Source: an uncultured Gammaproteobacteria bacterium
GTDB taxonomy: Bacteria; Patescibacteriota; Microgenomatia; Levybacterales; UBA12049
NCBI GenBank assembly: GCA_964637955.1
Contig: CAZWXQ010000002.1
Coordinates: 7,782 to 71,781 of the forward strand
Direction of reading: 5' to 3'
Length of the DNA stretch: 64,000 nucleotides
The notes under the pieces were generated by a model. That model saw nothing but the letters and a program-made list of their open reading frames with translations. It did no database searches and had not been told where the DNA came from. The position numbers and the translations under genes are program-made. Positions 18,332 through 26,551 of this stretch are shown here, piece by piece. Each line of letters starts with the position of its first letter. Position 1 is the stretch's first letter.

Positions 18332-18880
18332 ATGACAACTATGATTATTGCACCAAAAGAATTACTTAAATTAGTTAAAAAAGATAAATTAGTTGAAAAT
18401 TTATCCGAGCGAGAACTTACAAATCCTGAAGGTGCTGGATTTGATCTGCGACTTGGTGAGGTTTTTAAAATTTCCGGAAAAGCTTTTCTAGGAGAAACCC
18501 ACAGGCAAACTCCTGATATCGAGTCGATAAAAGTATGGGATCCAAAGAAATTGAGCTCAATCAAGATTAAACCTGGAGATTTTTATCTGGTTAAAACCAT
18601 CGAAAAAATAAATTTGCCTCTCGATCTTTCAGCTGTAATTATTCCTAGGACCACAACTTTCAGATCTGGTCTCTTTATTCGAACCGGACCAATTCAGCCG
18701 GGGTATAGTGGAGAACTTACATTTGGTCTGAAAAATGAAGGTCCAGTGACAGTAGAAATCGAAATGGGAGCTAGGTTTGTCCATCTTATTTTCCACGAGA
18801 TAAAAGGAACGGGTGCTAAATACCGCGGCCAATGGCAAGGCGGCCGAGTTAGCGCAACCAAAAGAGAGAAGCAAGTCTAA
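18332..18880 (+). CDS. dCTP deaminase/dUTPase-superfamily protein (second Dcd-like paralog)
   Basis: GFDLRLG, IQPGYSGELTFGLKNEG, FVHLIFHEI parallel Dcd motifs but sequence diverged from dcd at 16135. Confidence 0.55.
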   Translation: MTTMIIAPKELLKLVKKDKLVENLSERELTNPEGAGFDLRLGEVFKISGKAFLGETHRQTPDIESIKVWDPKKLSSIKIKPGDFYLVKTIEKINLPLDLSAVIIPRTTTFRSGLFIRTGPIQPGYSGELTFGLKNEGPVTVEIEMGARFVHLIFHEIKGTGAKYRGQWQGGRVSATKREKQV

Positions 18881-18899
18881 GTGGTGCTATAATTGCCGA

Positions 18900-19280
18900 A
18901 TGTCAGAAAGAATATTGTATTCAGGTGAATATCAACATGAAGCAGGCCCAAATTATTCTGTATTAGGTCTTGCTAGTGCTGGGGGAGCAAATGCCTTGAA
19001 GGATCACACTTTTGTTGGAGATGCGTTATCTGTAGCAGGATATGAAGAAACTCATGAAGTTACTGGCTATCCAATAGCTGTGTATAGAGTTCAGATTGAA
19101 GGAGTTGAAGGTTTAATATATGTTAAGTCCGATGGGCATGTTCCAGAAGGTGTGGATTTGCCCGATCAAGTAGTTGTTTATGAGCAGCTCACTCAAGGAG
19201 CGTACCCCATAGGGCAGCTGTGGTGGAGACCAGAAGAAAATTTTAATCAACACTTTACTCCACTAGAAACACAAGTCTAA
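18900..19280 (+). CDS. hypothetical protein (ORF-track start 18813; ATG at 18900 MSERILY more plausible)
   Basis: ORF track; no motif. Confidence 0.3.
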   Translation: MSERILYSGEYQHEAGPNYSVLGLASAGGANALKDHTFVGDALSVAGYEETHEVTGYPIAVYRVQIEGVEGLIYVKSDGHVPEGVDLPDQVVVYEQLTQGAYPIGQLWWRPEENFNQHFTPLETQV

Positions 19281-19281
19281 A

Positions 19282-19623
19282 ATGAAAAAAATTACAAAAA
19301 TAAATTTACGGGAAATTCCACTTGAGGATGCACATGGAGGATCAGGTAAGAAACAGGTTTTAATCAATTCTGATCATCTTGAAAGCGCTCATTGGGACGG
19401 ATTTACAAAGGGATATCTGCAGGCTGGAGGAGAATTTGATTGGCATAGTCATGAAAATATCGATGAAGTATTTATAGTTATTTCAGGAGAGGGAATCTTT
19501 AGAAACGGCGATGAAAGTACTACTTACGAAAGAGACGATGTTGTTCGAATTCCTGCAAATTCAAAGCATAAAATAGAAGCGGCAACTGATAGTGAATTTT
19601 ACTTCGTGAGAGTTAAAGTTTAG
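19282..19623 (+). CDS. cupin-domain protein
   Basis: Two-His cupin motif region DWHSHENIDEVFIVISGEG and small beta-barrel size. Confidence 0.55.
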   Translation: MKKITKINLREIPLEDAHGGSGKKQVLINSDHLESAHWDGFTKGYLQAGGEFDWHSHENIDEVFIVISGEGIFRNGDESTTYERDDVVRIPANSKHKIEAATDSEFYFVRVKV

Positions 19624-19768
19624 CTTCGTCATTCTGTTGTATTTAGAATAAGCGGATTCTGGATGCTTCGCACCAGAATGACGGAAAGAATTGACCAAAA
19701 TGACGAGGGGTTTGATAATGTTCGTCATTCTGGTAAGCGAAGAATGAGCGCATCCAGAATCATCTGAT
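19624..19768. repeat. cluster of hairpin-forming repeats (ATTCTGG...CCAGAATGACG units, both orientations) upstream of GIY-YIG gene
   Basis: 19655-19684 GATTCTGGATGCTTCGCACCAGAATGACGG; 19723-19761 reverse-orientation copy; partial copy 19624-19636. Confidence 0.6.
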
Positions 19769-20056
19769 ATGAAAAAAGGAGGCTACGTTTATATAATGGC
19801 AAATAGCCGACCTACTTTATATACGGGCGTGACTAATGATTTGGTCAGAAGAGTTTTTGAGCATAAGAATAATTTAGTTCAAGGTTTTACTGCAAAATAT
19901 AATTTACACAAGCTTGTTTATTATGAAGTTTTTGAAGCAATTGAACAGGCAATAATTCGCGAGAAGCAAATAAAAGATATGGACAGAAAAGATAAATTGA
20001 CTATGATTTCTAAGTTTAATCCTGAATTTAGAGATTTATATTCCGAGATTAGATAG
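19769..20056 (+). CDS. small GIY-YIG nuclease-family protein
   Basis: GYVYIM...[16 protein letters not shown] matches GIY-YIG (UvrC-N-like) signature, 95 aa. Confidence 0.7.
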   Translation: MKKGGYVYIMANSRPTLYTGVTNDLVRRVFEHKNNLVQGFTAKYNLHKLVYYEVFEAIEQAIIREKQIKDMDRKDKLTMISKFNPEFRDLYSEIR

Positions 20057-20160
20057 CAATTGATTCTGGTCAAGCCAGAATGACGAAAGTTAATTTCGTA
20101 AGCGATGATTCTGGATGCTTTGCACCAGAATGACGTAAAAATAAACCTGAATGACGAAAA
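20057..20160. repeat. hairpin repeats downstream of GIY-YIG gene (direct copies of upstream unit)
   Basis: 20062-20085 GATTCTGGTCAAGCCAGAATGACG; 20107-20135 GATTCTGGATGCTTTGCACCAGAATGACG; AATGACG again at 20151. Confidence 0.6.
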
Positions 20161-20221
20161 ACTTTGATATATTTTGATTGGGTTGCAAAATGCTTCTAAA
20201 AAACATATAAATTAGGTTGTA

Positions 20222-21199
20222 ATGGCAGTGAAACACCCCGAACAACAATATTTAGACATAGGAGCAGAAATCCTCAAAGACGGCATCAAACAAAAAGACC
20301 GCGGAACTGGAGTCACTACTTATTCTCTTTTTGGTCGAAAATCTGAGTATGATTTATCAGAAGGTTTTCCGATGCTTACCACGAAAAGAGTTTATTGGAA
20401 TGGGGTCGTTCAAGAGCTTTATTGGTTTTTTTCAGGTCAAACCAACATCAAATATCTCGTTGATCACGATGTTCATATTTGGGATGACTATCCATATAAA
20501 ATCTTTAAAGAAAAAAATCCAAAGTCCAAGATGACTAAGGATCAGTTTATAGAAAAAATAAAAACAGATAAAAAATTCGCGAAGGATAATGGAGAACTTC
20601 CTCGCATTTATGGAGAAATGTGGAGAAAATGGCCAACTCGCAAAAAGGGAAAGACAGTTGACCAACTTCAGTGGATAGTGGATGAGGTAAAAGCAGATCC
20701 AAATGCCCATAATCTGATCGTAAATTCATGGAATCCAGAGTATCTTTATTCGATGGCAGATAAGAAGGACGCAAGTCGATTTCCAATTTGTCATAACATG
20801 TATCAGGTAAGTAATCGTGGTGGTAGCCTTGATTTGATTTTATATCAAAGAAGTTGTGACTATTTCCTTGGAGTACCATTTAATATAGCTAGTTATTCAC
20901 TTCTTTGTGTAGTTCTGGCAAACATTCTTGGCTTGAAGCCAGGCAAATTCATTCACATGTATGGGGATATTCATATTTACGAAAATCACATAGATCAGGT
21001 AAAAGAAGAGCTAAAAAGAAAGCCAAATCCATTTCCGAAAGTTAAGTTAAATGGAAAATTAAAAAAGCTTGATGATTTTAAGCCTGAAATGGTGGAACTG
21101 ATTGGCTACAATCCTCACAAAACTATAAAAGCAGAGCTTACTGTCGCCGGTGGATTTTTTGAGGAGAAGAAAAAGAAAAAAACTTCTAGGAAAAAATGA
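20222..21199 (+). CDS. thyA: thymidylate synthase (ThyA family, with enlarged insert)
   Basis: Collinear with ThyA: LTTKR, catalytic Cys in FPICH, YQRSCD, FLGVPFNIASY, SWN(P) Asn retained (dUMP-type). Confidence 0.8.
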   Translation: MAVKHPEQQYLDIGAEILKDGIKQKDRGTGVTTYSLFGRKSEYDLSEGFPMLTTKRVYWNGVVQELYWFFSGQTNIKYLVDHDVHIWDDYPYKIFKEKNPKSKMTKDQFIEKIKTDKKFAKDNGELPRIYGEMWRKWPTRKKGKTVDQLQWIVDEVKADPNAHNLIVNSWNPEYLYSMADKKDASRFPICHNMYQVSNRGGSLDLILYQRSCDYFLGVPFNIASYSLLCVVLANILGLKPGKFIHMYGDIHIYENHIDQVKEELKRKPNPFPKVKLNGKLKKLDDFKPEMVELIGYNPHKTIKAELTVAGGFFEEKKKKKTSRKK

Positions 21200-21552
21200 G
21201 AATCTATCTTAGCCACTCTAGGAAATTTGATTTTAAAAAAGAATTATATGAGCCGCTAGAAAATTCAGGTCTAAATATCGATTTTATTTTCCCTCACAAG
21301 AAGTCTGAAACATCATTTGATACAAGGTCGCTTTTTATAAACGATAAACCAGACCTAGTTTTAGCAGAAGTTTCAAATCCTTCGCTTGGGGTAGGAATTG
21401 AGATTGGGTGGGCGAACGACGCTGAGATTAAAATAGTCTGTATTTATAAGAATGGTTCTAAGATCTCCGAATCATTGAAAATGGTTTCAAAAACATTTAT
21501 TGAATATTTAGATAGTAAAGATTTAATTGAAAAACTTAAAAAATATGAGTGA
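21196..21552 (+). CDS. nucleoside 2-deoxyribosyltransferase/DNPH1(Rcl)-family protein
   Basis: GVGIEIGWA resembles NDT catalytic-Glu motif GLGMELGYA; size 118 aa; 4-nt overlap with thyA. Confidence 0.5.
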   Translation: MRIYLSHSRKFDFKKELYEPLENSGLNIDFIFPHKKSETSFDTRSLFINDKPDLVLAEVSNPSLGVGIEIGWANDAEIKIVCIYKNGSKISESLKMVSKTFIEYLDSKDLIEKLKKYE

Positions 21553-22015
21553 TTCTGAAAAGACAAAGTCTGCTGAGATTCCCAAGACCAGATCGGTTGG
21601 AATCCTAGTAATTAAAGACGATAAAGTACTTCTTGTAGAGCATAAAGAGGCTGCGGGTCATCCGACTGGAATGTGGGGCTTGCCTTCTGGTAGACCAGAC
21701 TTCGACGAAGAAGAAGATGTGGATGTGGCAATTAGAGAGCTTGGTCAGGAGACAGGGCTCGTGGTAACAAGGGATGATTTACATGTATTTCCTGGCAGTT
21801 ATTATGAAGCTGCGCTGCCAAGAAAAGATGGTTCAATAATAGACTTTACATGGCAAGTATTTAATGTTTCAAATTTCACCGGAGATTTGCGTCCAAGCGA
21901 AGAAACAAATCCCTATTGGAAGACCATGGAGGAAATGAGAGAGCTAGATCGAAATGGAAATTTACTACCAAATACTATTAATGCAGCAGAAGCAGGAATG
22001 AGGAAAAATGTTTAA
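21527..22015 (+). CDS. Nudix hydrolase
   Basis: Nudix box GRPDFDEEEDVDVAIRELGQETGL (Gx5Ex7REUxEExGU). Confidence 0.7.
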   Translation: MKNLKNMSDSEKTKSAEIPKTRSVGILVIKDDKVLLVEHKEAAGHPTGMWGLPSGRPDFDEEEDVDVAIRELGQETGLVVTRDDLHVFPGSYYEAALPRKDGSIIDFTWQVFNVSNFTGDLRPSEETNPYWKTMEEMRELDRNGNLLPNTINAAEAGMRKNV

Positions 22016-22475
22016 CCACGCCCCAAAAGATTACGAGTGTCCACTGTGTTTGATAGTGAACGGGAAAGATAATCCTGATCGTTTTGCCAAAGCTTCTGAC
22101 ATTTTTTATAAAGATGAATTTGTAACAGGATTTATAGGAGGAAAATGGTGGGATGCAAATAAAGGTGTTACTTTAGTAATTCCAAATAAACATTTTGAAA
22201 ATATTTATGATATTGATGAAGACTATGGACATAAAGTTTTTGATTTTTCAAAGAAACTGGCATTAGCTCTTAAGCAAGTTTATAAATGTGATGGAGTTTC
22301 GATTCGTCAGCATAATGAACCATCAGGAAATCAGGACGCTTGGCATTATCATGTTCATGTCACGCCAAGATATAAGGGGGATAATCTGTACATAAATAAT
22401 GATAAAAAGTATTGGGTAACAGCAGAAGAAAGAAAACCATATGTCGAAAAATTAAAGGAATATTTTAATAAATGA
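22008..22475 (+). CDS. HIT-like (histidine triad) family protein
   Basis: WHYHVHV histidine-triad-like motif near C-terminus. Confidence 0.5.
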   Translation: MFNHAPKDYECPLCLIVNGKDNPDRFAKASDIFYKDEFVTGFIGGKWWDANKGVTLVIPNKHFENIYDIDEDYGHKVFDFSKKLALALKQVYKCDGVSIRQHNEPSGNQDAWHYHVHVTPRYKGDNLYINNDKKYWVTAEERKPYVEKLKEYFNK

Positions 22476-22918
22476 GCGCTGAAACGACGCCAGATAATAG
22501 AATAAAGCAGCCACCAGTTGATCGGATAAATATACTTCTGAATGGTACTACTTCGGATTTACTGAATGAAGACTTTCAAAGATATATGCTTTTTGATCCT
22601 GAGAATAGAATTCAAGAAGTATGGGTAAGAAAATTAGTTTTGGGTGAACCTAGAGCTGAGCTGAATCCAGTAGAGCAAAGGAGAGTTGATGAGGATACAA
22701 GAAGGATTGTTATTATCGAAAAGGATGGGGAATCTGAGTCAGGTAAAGTTTGGCATACAGGAATTGCGCAGAGCTCTCCTCCAAAAGTAACAGAGGTGGC
22801 AACTTATTTGTCTGGACTAACTGATGTTGCCGTTTATGATGTGTATGAAGATTTACAAGAAGTGGTAGTAGATACACTTTATTCCGCTCAGGAGTCTGTT
22901 CATCAGAAGTCGAAATAG
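22472..22918 (+). CDS. hypothetical protein
   Basis: ORF track only. Confidence 0.35.
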   Translation: MSAETTPDNRIKQPPVDRINILLNGTTSDLLNEDFQRYMLFDPENRIQEVWVRKLVLGEPRAELNPVEQRRVDEDTRRIVIIEKDGESESGKVWHTGIAQSSPPKVTEVATYLSGLTDVAVYDVYEDLQEVVVDTLYSAQESVHQKSK

Positions 22919-23162
22919 TTGAAATTAACCTTGATTTGTAGGGATTTGTGAACCAAAAAATTCTCCTAAATTTTTTCTAAATTCTTCAGCGGCGGGTAGA
23001 ATAGTTTATTTTATTAGAACTAAAATTTAAAAATAAAAAAACTAATCTACATAATATATATTCTTCTCGCTTCATTTATTAACAAAAATTATGCAAAATG
23101 AAGCTCGGGATAAACTAAATTATTTGAAAACCTGAGCTTAAGGAGTATATAATCAAAAAATC

Positions 23163-23882
23163 ATGCAAGATAGCGGGAGAATAATTTTCGAAACAGCAAG
23201 GGAGATGGAACTTGAGCCCATGCTTTTGACAGGCTATGGATTGTTTAAAATTACAAAAAATGGAAAAGATATATATTTTTTCCATGGGACTAGTTATTTG
23301 AATAGTGCGATCGCAAGTTATTTAGCCCGGAATAAACATGCGACGCGGAAAGTTTTGGAAGTAAATAATCTTCCAAATATTCCTTATGCTTTGCCTGAAA
23401 CCCATGAAGAGGCACTCTCTTTTTTAAGAGAGCATAAAGTCATAATGGTTAAGCCAACTCATGGAGATAATTCTATTGGAGTTAAGCAAATTAGCAGTGA
23501 AGAAGAATTAGCAGGTTTAGATTTATCAGATTCTATAATTGAGAAGTTTATTGATGGCACTGAGTACCGAACATTGTTTTTGGATGGGGAAATAATCGCG
23601 TTTCACAAGTATATTCATGATTTTAAGATAAAAGGAGTTAAAAGGATTTCCTATGAACGCGATAATTGGGATAAAGAGATGGTAGAAATTGCTCTTAAAG
23701 CTGCGAAAGCGCTGGGTCTGGGATTTGCATCTGTGGATTTTATAAAAGCCCCTGATGGAAAATTATACATCTTAGAAATTAATAGTTCCACTGGGCTTTG
23801 GCGATTCCATCATCCAGATGAGGGCCCCGCAGTGAATGTTTCAAAACTTCTAATTGAGTCGACAATTAAAAATAACTCTTAA
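23163..23882 (+). CDS. ATP-grasp family ligase (RimK/glutathione-synthetase-like)
   Basis: C-terminal KLYILEINSS and VIMVKPTHGDNSIGV ATP-grasp signatures; promoter-like TTGAAA...GAGTATATAAT upstream. Confidence 0.55.
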   Translation: MQDSGRIIFETAREMELEPMLLTGYGLFKITKNGKDIYFFHGTSYLNSAIASYLARNKHATRKVLEVNNLPNIPYALPETHEEALSFLREHKVIMVKPTHGDNSIGVKQISSEEELAGLDLSDSIIEKFIDGTEYRTLFLDGEIIAFHKYIHDFKIKGVKRISYERDNWDKEMVEIALKAAKALGLGFASVDFIKAPDGKLYILEINSSTGLWRFHHPDEGPAVNVSKLLIESTIKNNS

Positions 23883-24477
23883 TAAAATCATCAAATACTA
23901 TTTTTCCATTTGTTCCAAATTCCTCGTCTGCTTCAGGATGAAATTGAACTCCCCAAATCGGTTTGGTTTCATGTTTGATAATTTCAATTCCATCACTAGA
24001 ACTAGCAACTGAAATTAAGGGTGACTTTACATAGGACACTGACCAGTTGTGGCTATTAAATACATTTAAATCATGATCATTATATTTGATTTTCATTATT
24101 CCACGTCTCCTTTTGGTGAGTCTTTTATATCGCACTGGAGAATAGGCTCGTACTATTAATTGTATTCCTAAGCAAATGCCAAATATTGGTATATTTGAAC
24201 TTTTAATTAATCCCAGCTCGTATTTAATTATCTTTTTTTGAGAAAAAGCAGTTGCAATTTTTCCACCCGAAAGCACAATTAAATCGTAATTTTTAGAATC
24301 TTTTTCAGAAATATCCTCGACATCAAGGGTGGTAATTTCAAAGTCTTTTAACATATCCTCAGTTTGTTTTATTCTCTTTGTCTTGTTATTTATGAGGAGG
24401 ACTTTCATTTTTAAAGTATATATTAATTTAAAATTTTTGAAATCTTCCGTCAGGAATTGCGAATCTTTTAAAACCAA
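23866..24477 (-). CDS. class I glutamine amidotransferase-like protein
   Basis: IFGICLGIQL (catalytic Cys) and VQFHPE (His/Glu) GATase1 motifs. Confidence 0.7.
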   Translation of the reverse strand: MVLKDSQFLTEDFKNFKLIYTLKMKVLLINNKTKRIKQTEDMLKDFEITTLDVEDISEKDSKNYDLIVLSGGKIATAFSQKKIIKYELGLIKSSNIPIFGICLGIQLIVRAYSPVRYKRLTKRRRGIMKIKYNDHDLNVFNSHNWSVSYVKSPLISVASSSDGIEIIKHETKPIWGVQFHPEADEEFGTNGKIVFDDFIKSYF

Positions 24478-24949
24478 TAGGATTTGTATTATAGATCAAA
24501 TTTTGTAAATCTGAATTAATAGGTGAAATTTTTATATTATCAATTTTAACAAATCTTTCATTCATGCCTGGAGAATGTATAAATTGATGTTTATTTAAAA
24601 CTATTCCCATATGTTTTGGTGCCTGTCCCTTTTTGCTAAAAAATATTAGGTCCCCAGGCCTATGGAGTCCAAAATGCACGAGAATGCCGAATTTATCAAA
24701 ATATTCATTTGTACGTCTAATTTCGGGTGGGACCTCTACGCCAGTTTTGGCAAGAATAAAACTTACAAAACCAGAACAATCAAAACCTTCTTCAGGACTC
24801 ATTCCACCTAATCGATCGCTGTATTTTGAAGACGGATAATTTAGCCATTTCAACGCTTCTGTAACTTGTGGGCCCGCTACCGATTCGTTTACACAGTAAG
24901 CTTCATTTTTGGGAAACTGCTTGATTGGTCCATAATCAATTTCTATCAT
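24428..24949 (-). CDS. NlpC/P60 (C40) family peptidase
   Basis: FDCSGFVSF catalytic Cys context and HMGIV...IHSP His motifs. Confidence 0.7.
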   Translation of the reverse strand: MIEIDYGPIKQFPKNEAYCVNESVAGPQVTEALKWLNYPSSKYSDRLGGMSPEEGFDCSGFVSFILAKTGVEVPPEIRRTNEYFDKFGILVHFGLHRPGDLIFFSKKGQAPKHMGIVLNKHQFIHSPGMNERFVKIDNIKISPINSDLQNLIYNTNPIGFKRFAIPDGRFQKF

Positions 24950-25815
24950 CTGTACATCATTCCTAATTGTCTTTCAATTTCAAAAAGTTCTTGTTGGAGA
25001 TCGCATGCTCGGGAGTTGAATCTCGTAGTAGAAAGAGCTGCAAATGCTTCGCCTAAAACTCCTCTATTCTTCTCATTTGCGGCAACTTGAAATAAACTTT
25101 TTTCATCAAGAAGGAAGGGAAGTAGAATTGAAAAAGTAGGATCATTTATGAAAACATCTGCTCCTTCTTCTACTTTTTGTCTCCATGCATGCGCACCAAA
25201 TCCTATGAATAAATCAGTTTCGCTACTCGCATCAAGTTCTGAAACTCCGTCACCAACGATTGCAATTTTAGATCCGAGTCTGCCTTGTGCTTTGAGATCT
25301 TTAATTACTTGGCGTTTTCCGTCACTTTTCCAAAGAGGAATTGAAGTATCAAATCCAATGTATTTTCTATAGTTTTCGAAAAATAATTTATTTGTATAAA
25401 TATTTTCCATCGGGATGCCTAAGAATCTGCCTAAAAATCTGGCTGGAAAATCAAAACCACCAGATAGTAAATGAATATTCACACCGTTTTCTTGCAAGAT
25501 CTCCACTGTTTTTGAAGAGTCATGGGTCATATCGATCGTATAATATGCAGCTACGGTAATCAGATCTTCAAATGTAGGATTAATAATCTCCAGACGCCTT
25601 GCGAAAATATCCTCAAGTGGAATTCTCCCTTCCATGGCTGCACATGTAAGATTTGTTATCTGATCTTCAACTCCTCTAATTCTTGCTAGCATATCTATTC
25701 CTTCAAAAGAAGCAAGACAGCTATCAATATCAATTAAAACATCGCTATATGTAGTGCTCTTTAATGGCTCACGATTTTCAGGTATTAAATTGGTTTCAAA
25801 AATATTTTCTTTCAT
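24946..25815 (-). CDS. HAD-superfamily hydrolase, phosphoserine-phosphatase-like
   Basis: IDIDSCL (DxDx[T/S/C]) motif I and VGDGVSELDASSETD motif IV region. Confidence 0.5.
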   Translation of the reverse strand: MKENIFETNLIPENREPLKSTTYSDVLIDIDSCLASFEGIDMLARIRGVEDQITNLTCAAMEGRIPLEDIFARRLEIINPTFEDLITVAAYYTIDMTHDSSKTVEILQENGVNIHLLSGGFDFPARFLGRFLGIPMENIYTNKLFFENYRKYIGFDTSIPLWKSDGKRQVIKDLKAQGRLGSKIAIVGDGVSELDASSETDLFIGFGAHAWRQKVEEGADVFINDPTFSILLPFLLDEKSLFQVAANEKNRGVLGEAFAALSTTRFNSRACDLQQELFEIERQLGMMYR

Positions 25816-25860
25816 GGAATTAAATTTGGGGTTTATTTACTCAAAAGAGGAAAGAGGCAA

Positions 25861-25884
25861 TAAAAAACCTCCCGGCTGGGAGGT
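25861..25884 (-). terminator. intrinsic terminator-like hairpin (minus orientation): CCTCCC-AGCC-GGGAGG followed by U-run
   Basis: Plus strand AAAAAACCTCCCGGCTGGGAGG; U-tract only on minus strand. Confidence 0.4.
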
Positions 25885-25997
25885 AAACACATTAAAACTC
25901 CTCAGCCCAGATTATAGGGAGGAATTTGGTGAATAATTATTATAAACGTCAACTCTGCTGTTCATTTCAAAAATTAGTTTAACTTAGCAAAAAAGGT

Positions 25998-26026
25998 TTG
26001 TCAATATATTTTTTTGGTGTTACACT
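25998..26026 (+). promoter_or_regulatory. sigma70-like promoter TTGTCA-N17-TACACT, 7 nt before folA ATG (leaderless)
   Basis: TTGTCA 25998-26003, TACACT 26021-26026, ATG 26034. Confidence 0.45.
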
Positions 26027-26033
26027 AAGTCCT

Positions 26034-26537
26034 ATGATTAGTTTAATTGCCGCTATGGATGCCAAACGGGGAATAGGAAAAGATAATTCCATTCCTTGGC
26101 ATATTTCAGAAGATTTTAAGAGATTAAAGAAAATTACATCGGGTCATCCCATCATTATGGGAAGAAAGACATATGAATCACTTGGTAAGCCTCTTTCAGA
26201 TAGAACCAATATAATAATTTCTAGAAATCCTGCGAGATTTCATCAGCTTGTTGAGGATTCGAATAATTTTGTTTCGTGCAATTCTTTGGAAGAAGCCGTA
26301 AATATTGCTAATAAATCAGATGGAAAAGATGAAATATTTATTTTTGGCGGAGGACAGATTTTTACAGAAGCTCTGGAAAAAGGAATCGTAGATAAACTTT
26401 ATCTGACAATTATCGAAGGGGAATATGAATCAGATACTTTTTTCCCGGATTACGTTAGCGCGGGCTTTAAAATTGTTAGCGAAGAAAAGCATGATAACGG
26501 AAAATATAAATTTAAATTTGTAAATCTGGAGCGTTAA
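26034..26537 (+). CDS. folA: dihydrofolate reductase
   Basis: MISLIAAMDAKRGIGKDNSIPW...HPIIMGRKTYESLG DHFR signature; ORF-track start 25998 is a TTG inside the promoter. Confidence 0.8.
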   Translation: MISLIAAMDAKRGIGKDNSIPWHISEDFKRLKKITSGHPIIMGRKTYESLGKPLSDRTNIIISRNPARFHQLVEDSNNFVSCNSLEEAVNIANKSDGKDEIFIFGGGQIFTEALEKGIVDKLYLTIIEGEYESDTFFPDYVSAGFKIVSEEKHDNGKYKFKFVNLER

Positions 26538-26551
26538 TTCTTGATTGATAA

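Noticed and set aside
20222-21199. ThyA homolog as a dCMP/dUMP hydroxymethylase, implying DNA hypermodification
   Set aside because: The Asn of the SWN motif, which selects dUMP, is retained. DHFR (folA) and glyA are nearby, consistent with an ordinary thymidylate cycle. Hydroxymethylase activity cannot be inferred from the sequence alone.
25861-25884. Reading the GC hairpin as a plus-strand terminator for the HAD or folA region
   Set aside because: The U-tract follows the hairpin only on the minus strand. On the plus strand an A-run precedes it and no T-run follows.
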